A DNA stretch of 56,946 nt from Burkholderiaceae bacterium (GTDB lineage Bacteria; Pseudomonadota; Gammaproteobacteria; Burkholderiales; Burkholderiaceae_C): the NCBI GenBank assembly GCA_024709845.1, contig JANJVX010000146.1, positions 1 to 56,946 of the forward strand, written 5' to 3'. How positions within the stretch are numbered: position 1 is the first letter of the stretch; each line of letters begins with the position of its first letter. The notes below the pieces were generated by a model. That model searched no databases and was not told where the DNA came from. It saw nothing but the letters and a program-made list of their open reading frames with translations. Positions 52,745 to 56,946 of this stretch are shown piece after piece. Both the position numbers and the translations under genes were made by a program.

Positions 52745-53917
52745 ATGAACACCCTGCGCCGCCCCCCCATGCGCCCCCCCGTCCTGCTGACCCGCCGGCG
52801 CCTGCTGGCCAGCGCAGCCACGCTGCCCTGGCTGGGCCTGACACCCGCCCTGCGCGCACAGGAAGCTCCGCTGAAAATCTGCCAGTCCACGGCCCTGAGC
52901 GGCCCGCTGGGCGATCTGGGCACAGCCATGCACCAGGGCGCCAAGGCGGCGTTTGCCGTGGTCAATGCACGCGGCGGCGTGCACGGCCGCAAGATCGAAC
53001 TCGAAGTCCAGGACGATGGCTATGACGTCCCGCGCGCACTGGCCAACGCAGAAAAGTTCCTGGCCGACAAGGACTGCTTCGCGCTCTTCAACTGCATGGG
53101 CACACCGATGGTTCAGGCCATGCTGCCCAAGGTGCTTGAGTCGGGGATTCCGTTCTTTGCCCCGTTCACGGGAGGGCAGCTCAGCCGCATCCCGGGCGCA
53201 CGCAATGTCTTCAACATCCGCGCCAGCTATGCCGAGGAAGCCGAGAAATGCGTGCAGCATCTGGCCACGATCGGCATCCGCCGGATTTCCGTGGTCTACC
53301 AGAACAACACCTTCGGCAAGGAAGTGTTCGCAGGGGCGCAAATGGCCATGGAAAACGCCAAGCTGCCCAATGCCGTCACCGCCACCGTGGAGAACGACGC
53401 TTCCGACGCGGCCAGTGCCGCGCGCAAGCTCGCCGAGAGCAACCCCGAGGCCGTGCTGATCGGCCTGGCGGGCAAGCCGGCGCTGGAGTTCGTCAAGGCG
53501 TTCCGTGCATTGCGCCAGGGGGTGTCGCTGTACGCGCTGTCGGTGCTCGGCACCTCGGCCAACGTCAAGGCCCTGGGCACCAACGCCACGGGCATGGCGA
53601 TCTCGCAAGTGGTGCCGCTGCCCACCAACGTGATCACGCCCGTGGTGCGCGATTTCCAGCAGGCCCTGAAATCGCTGGACACGCCTGTCGAGCCCTCGCA
53701 CCTGGCGCTGGAAGGCTATATCAACGCCCGGGTGTTCATCGATGCGCTGCAGCGCGCAGGCAAGAACCCGACACGCGCCGCATTCATCGACGCGACCTGG
53801 AGCCTCAAGAAGGTGGACCTGGGCGGCTTCGACATCCATGCCACCACGCCGGAACGCAATGCTTCACGCTTTGTGGAGCTGACGATGGTGAGCCGCGATG
53901 GCCGCTTTTTGCGCTGA
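52745..53917 (+). CDS. ABC substrate-binding protein (LivJ-like) with probable Tat signal
   Basis: TRRRLLA twin-arginine; QSTALSGP, GGVHGRKIEL..DDGY, FNIRASY; start could be 52769. Confidence 0.88.
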   Translation: MNTLRRPPMRPPVLLTRRRLLASAATLPWLGLTPALRAQEAPLKICQSTALSGPLGDLGTAMHQGAKAAFAVVNARGGVHGRKIELEVQDDGYDVPRALANAEKFLADKDCFALFNCMGTPMVQAMLPKVLESGIPFFAPFTGGQLSRIPGARNVFNIRASYAEEAEKCVQHLATIGIRRISVVYQNNTFGKEVFAGAQMAMENAKLPNAVTATVENDASDAASAARKLAESNPEAVLIGLAGKPALEFVKAFRALRQGVSLYALSVLGTSANVKALGTNATGMAISQVVPLPTNVITPVVRDFQQALKSLDTPVEPSHLALEGYINARVFIDALQRAGKNPTRAAFIDATWSLKKVDLGGFDIHATTPERNASRFVELTMVSRDGRFLR

Positions 53918-53946
53918 TGGGGCGAACCCGATCAGGAGTTTCCCCT

Positions 53947-53967
53947 AAATTGTCGTCGTAAAGACAA
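53947..53967. promoter_or_regulatory. Palindromic operator TTGTC-N8-GACAA, copy 2
   Basis: AAATTGTCGTCGTAAAGACAA; -10-like TACGAT at 53988-53993. Confidence 0.75.
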
Positions 53968-54072
53968 GATGACGTCAAAGTCGGTCTTACGATTGTTACC
54001 AGCTGAGTGGCCATGGGCCACGCTTCCGGCCCCGCCGGATCGACGGACATCTTGCAACTGATAGGAACCGGA

Positions 54073-56007
54073 ATGAAGACCACGTTCCCGCAACTGCTGC
54101 TCAAACACGCAGCCGAGCGCCCCACGGACCCGGCGCTGCGCGAAAAAGAATACGGCATCTGGCAGACATGGACCTGGAAGGACGCATCGGAGACCGTGCG
54201 TCATCTGGCCTGCGGCCTGCTCGCGCTGGGCTTCCAGCGCGGCCAGAACCTGGCCCTGGTCGGCGACAACCGCCCGCACCTCTACATGAGCATGGTGGCG
54301 GTGCAGAGCATCGGCGGGGTGCCCATCCCGCTCTACCAGGACGCCGTGGCCTCCGAAATGGCCTTCGTGATGGAGGACGCTGAAATCCAGTTCCTGTTCG
54401 CCGAAAACCAGGAACAGGTGGACAAGCTGCTGGAAGTGCGCGAGACCGTGCCCGGCATGGCCCACATCATCTATGACGACCCGCGCGGTCTGCGCAACTA
54501 CGACCAGGCGGGCCTGATCAGCACCGAGAAGCTCAAGGCACTGGGCGCTGAGTGGGACCGGGCTCACCCCGGCGCATGGGATGCCCAGGTGGCCCAGAAC
54601 AAGCCCGACGACGTGTCGGTGATCCTCTACACCTCGGGCACCACCGGCAAACCCAAGGGTGTGTGCCAGACCCACGCCAGCTTCATCGGCTCGGCCCAGG
54701 GCGGCGTCGAGGTGGACGGACTGAACCCCCGAGACAACGTGATCTCCTACCTGCCCCCGGCCTGGGTGGGCGATCACCTGTTCTCGCTGGCCCAGTGGCT
54801 GGTGGCGGGCTTCACCATCAACTGCCCGGAGTCGGCGGCCACCGTCTCGATCGATCTGCGCGAAATCGGCCCGACCTACTATTTCGCCCCCCCCCGCGTG
54901 TTCGAAGGCATGCTGACCTCCGTCTCCATCCGCATGGAAGACGCCGCACCCTTCAAACGCTGGATGTATGCCAAGGCCATGGACCTGGCCCGGCGCGTGG
55001 GCTCGGACATCCTCGACGGCAAGTCCGTGGGCTTCATGGACCGGCTGATGTACACCCTGGGGGACATCACCATCTACGGCCCGCTGCGCAACGTGATGGG
55101 ACTGTCGCGCATCCGCGTGGCCTACACGGCAGGCGCCGCCATCGGCCCCGACCTGTTCCGCTTTTTCCGCTCCATCGGCATCAACCTCAAGCAGTTGTAT
55201 GGCCAGACCGAGACCTGCGCCTATGTGTGCATCCAGAAGAACGGCCAGGTCAAGCTCAACACCGTGGGCCAGGCCGCGCCCGGCATCGAGCTGAAGATCG
55301 CCGATAACGGCGAAGTGCTGGTCAAGGGCGTGTCGGTGCTCAAGGAATACTACAAGCGCCCCGACGCCACGGCCGAGGTCATCGATGCCAATGGCTACTT
55401 CCACACGGGCGATGCCGGCGTGCTCGACCAGGACGGGCACCTGCGCATCATCGACCGCGCCAAAGACGTGGGCAAGCTCAACGGCGGCGCCATGTTCGCG
55501 CCCAACTACATCGAGAACAAGCTCAAGTTCTTCCCGCAGATCAAGGAAGCCGTGTGCTTTGGCCATGGCAAAGACCAGGTCTGCGCCTTCATCAACATCG
55601 ACTACGAGGCCGTGGGCAACTGGGCCGAGCGCCAGGGCCTGCCCTATGGCGGCTATGTGGACCTGGCCTCCAAGCCCCAGGTGCTGCAGCTCATTGCCGA
55701 GTGCATTGGCCAGGTCAACGCCGACCTGGCGGGCGAGCCCGGGATGTCCGACACCCAGGTGGCGCGCTTCCTGGTGCTGCACAAAGAGCTCGACCCCGAC
55801 GACGACGAGCTGACCCGCACCCGCAAGGTGCGCCGCAATTTCATTGCACAGAAGTACGGCGTGCTGGTCGAAGCGCTCTACGAGGGGCGCACCGAGCAGT
55901 TCATCGAAACCCAGGTCAAGTTCGAGGATGGCCGCACGGGAAGCGTGAGCGCCACGCTGCAGATCCTCGACGCCAAGATCCATGCGCCTGCCAAGGTCAG
56001 TGCCTAA
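54073..56007 (+). CDS. Long-chain acyl-CoA synthetase (AMP-binding)
   Basis: YTSGTTGKPKG, YGQTE, FHTGD, IIDRAKD, ELTRTRKVRR. Confidence 0.93.
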   Translation: MKTTFPQLLLKHAAERPTDPALREKEYGIWQTWTWKDASETVRHLACGLLALGFQRGQNLALVGDNRPHLYMSMVAVQSIGGVPIPLYQDAVASEMAFVMEDAEIQFLFAENQEQVDKLLEVRETVPGMAHIIYDDPRGLRNYDQAGLISTEKLKALGAEWDRAHPGAWDAQVAQNKPDDVSVILYTSGTTGKPKGVCQTHASFIGSAQGGVEVDGLNPRDNVISYLPPAWVGDHLFSLAQWLVAGFTINCPESAATVSIDLREIGPTYYFAPPRVFEGMLTSVSIRMEDAAPFKRWMYAKAMDLARRVGSDILDGKSVGFMDRLMYTLGDITIYGPLRNVMGLSRIRVAYTAGAAIGPDLFRFFRSIGINLKQLYGQTETCAYVCIQKNGQVKLNTVGQAAPGIELKIADNGEVLVKGVSVLKEYYKRPDATAEVIDANGYFHTGDAGVLDQDGHLRIIDRAKDVGKLNGGAMFAPNYIENKLKFFPQIKEAVCFGHGKDQVCAFINIDYEAVGNWAERQGLPYGGYVDLASKPQVLQLIAECIGQVNADLAGEPGMSDTQVARFLVLHKELDPDDDELTRTRKVRRNFIAQKYGVLVEALYEGRTEQFIETQVKFEDGRTGSVSATLQILDAKIHAPAKVSA

Positions 56008-56025
56008 GACACCGGAAAGCACCCC

Positions 56026-56811
56026 ATGACCCAGAAAAAGATCGGCGACGTCATCCTGGACGTCAAGAACATCAGCCTGCGCTTTGGCGGGGTGAAGGCC
56101 CTGACCGACATCTCCTTCAATGTGAAAGAGCATGAGATCCGCTCCATCATCGGCCCCAACGGCGCCGGCAAGAGCTCCATGCTCAACTGCATCAACGGCG
56201 TCTATACACCGTCTGAAGGCTCCATCACCTTCCGAGGCAAGACCTTTGACCACATGAACAGCCGTCAGGTGGCCGAGATGGGCGTGGCACGCACCTTCCA
56301 GAACCTGGCGCTGTTCAAGGGCATGAGCGTGATCGACAACATCATGTCGGGGCGCAACCTCAAGATCAAGAGCAACCTGTTCATGCAGGCGCTGCGCTGG
56401 GGCCCCGCTGAGCGCGAGGAGATCGCGCACCGCGAAAAGGTCGAACACATCATCGACTTCCTCGAAATCCAGGCCTTCCGCAAGACCCCCGTGGGCCAGT
56501 TGCCCTACGGCCTGCAAAAGCGCGTGGACCTGGGCCGGGCTCTGGCCATGGAGCCGCAGGTGCTGCTGCTCGACGAGCCTATGGCCGGCATGAACGTGGA
56601 AGAAAAGCAGGACATGTGCCGCTTCATCCTCGACGTGAACGACGAGTTCGGCACCACCATCGTGCTGATCGAGCACGACATGGGCGTCGTGATGGACATC
56701 TCCGACCGCGTGGTGGTTCTGGACTACGGCAAGAAGATCGGCGACGGCGCGCCGGAAGAAGTCCGCAACAACGAAGACGTGATTCGCGCCTATCTGGGCA
56801 CCAGCCACTAA
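56026..56811 (+). CDS. ABC transporter ATP-binding protein (LivG-like)
   Basis: FGGVKAL, GPNGAGKS, RTFQN, LPYG, LDEP, IEHD, AYLG. Confidence 0.95.
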   Translation: MTQKKIGDVILDVKNISLRFGGVKALTDISFNVKEHEIRSIIGPNGAGKSSMLNCINGVYTPSEGSITFRGKTFDHMNSRQVAEMGVARTFQNLALFKGMSVIDNIMSGRNLKIKSNLFMQALRWGPAEREEIAHREKVEHIIDFLEIQAFRKTPVGQLPYGLQKRVDLGRALAMEPQVLLLDEPMAGMNVEEKQDMCRFILDVNDEFGTTIVLIEHDMGVVMDISDRVVVLDYGKKIGDGAPEEVRNNEDVIRAYLGTSH

Positions 56812-56827
56812 GGCGGGAGACAAGCAA

Positions 56828-56946
56828 ATGGCATTTTTTCTTGAAACACTGATTGGCGGCCTGATGGCCGGCATGCTGTATTCCCTGGTGGCTCTCGGCT
56901 TCGTGCTGATCTACAAGGCCTCGGGGGTGTTCAACTTCGCCCAGGG
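56828..56946 (+). CDS. Branched-chain-type ABC permease (LivH-like), 5' part
   Basis: Manual translation MAFFLETLIGGLMAGMLYSLVALGFVLIYKASGVFNFAQ; runs off window. Confidence 0.88.
   Translation, partial: MAFFLETLIGGLMAGMLYSLVALGFVLIYKASGVFNFAQ

Noticed and set aside
53932-56874. 980-aa minus-strand ORF and similar long ORFs (47507-50233, 17005-19557, 40058-42088, 23653-25686)
   Set aside because: Antisense shadows of recognisable genes, expected in GC-rich DNA; no domain motifs

Overview
GC-rich betaproteobacterial chromosome segment; gene content and protein style suggest Comamonadaceae, Acidovorax-like (inference). It holds about 48 CDSs. Housekeeping genes: ruvB (5' end), ruvA, a PhoH-family gene, ybeY, dtd, dbpA, amn, purT, srkA, htpG and a pseudouridine synthase. 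Other content: a phaC-fabI-maoC/pta-ackA cluster with an FNR-type box, ohrR-ohr, two chemoreceptors, three c-di-GMP enzymes and a Crp/Fnr-linked acyl-CoA ligase/ABC cluster. No tRNA, rRNA, CRISPR array, transposase or prophage was seen. Most notable: (1) a candidate undescribed redox/O2-sensing module of split-barrel protein + split-barrel-GAF-wHTH regulator + hemerythrin, whose promoter carries four 11-bp-phased repeats; (2) ten gaplessly aligned copies of a ~63-bp structured repeat that supply start/stop codons, one translated in frame inside SrkA; (3) a second multi-hairpin repeat family and an IS5-type MITE; (4) a lipoprotein serine protease inserted between ruvA and ruvB. All family calls come from motif recognition by eye; no searches were run.
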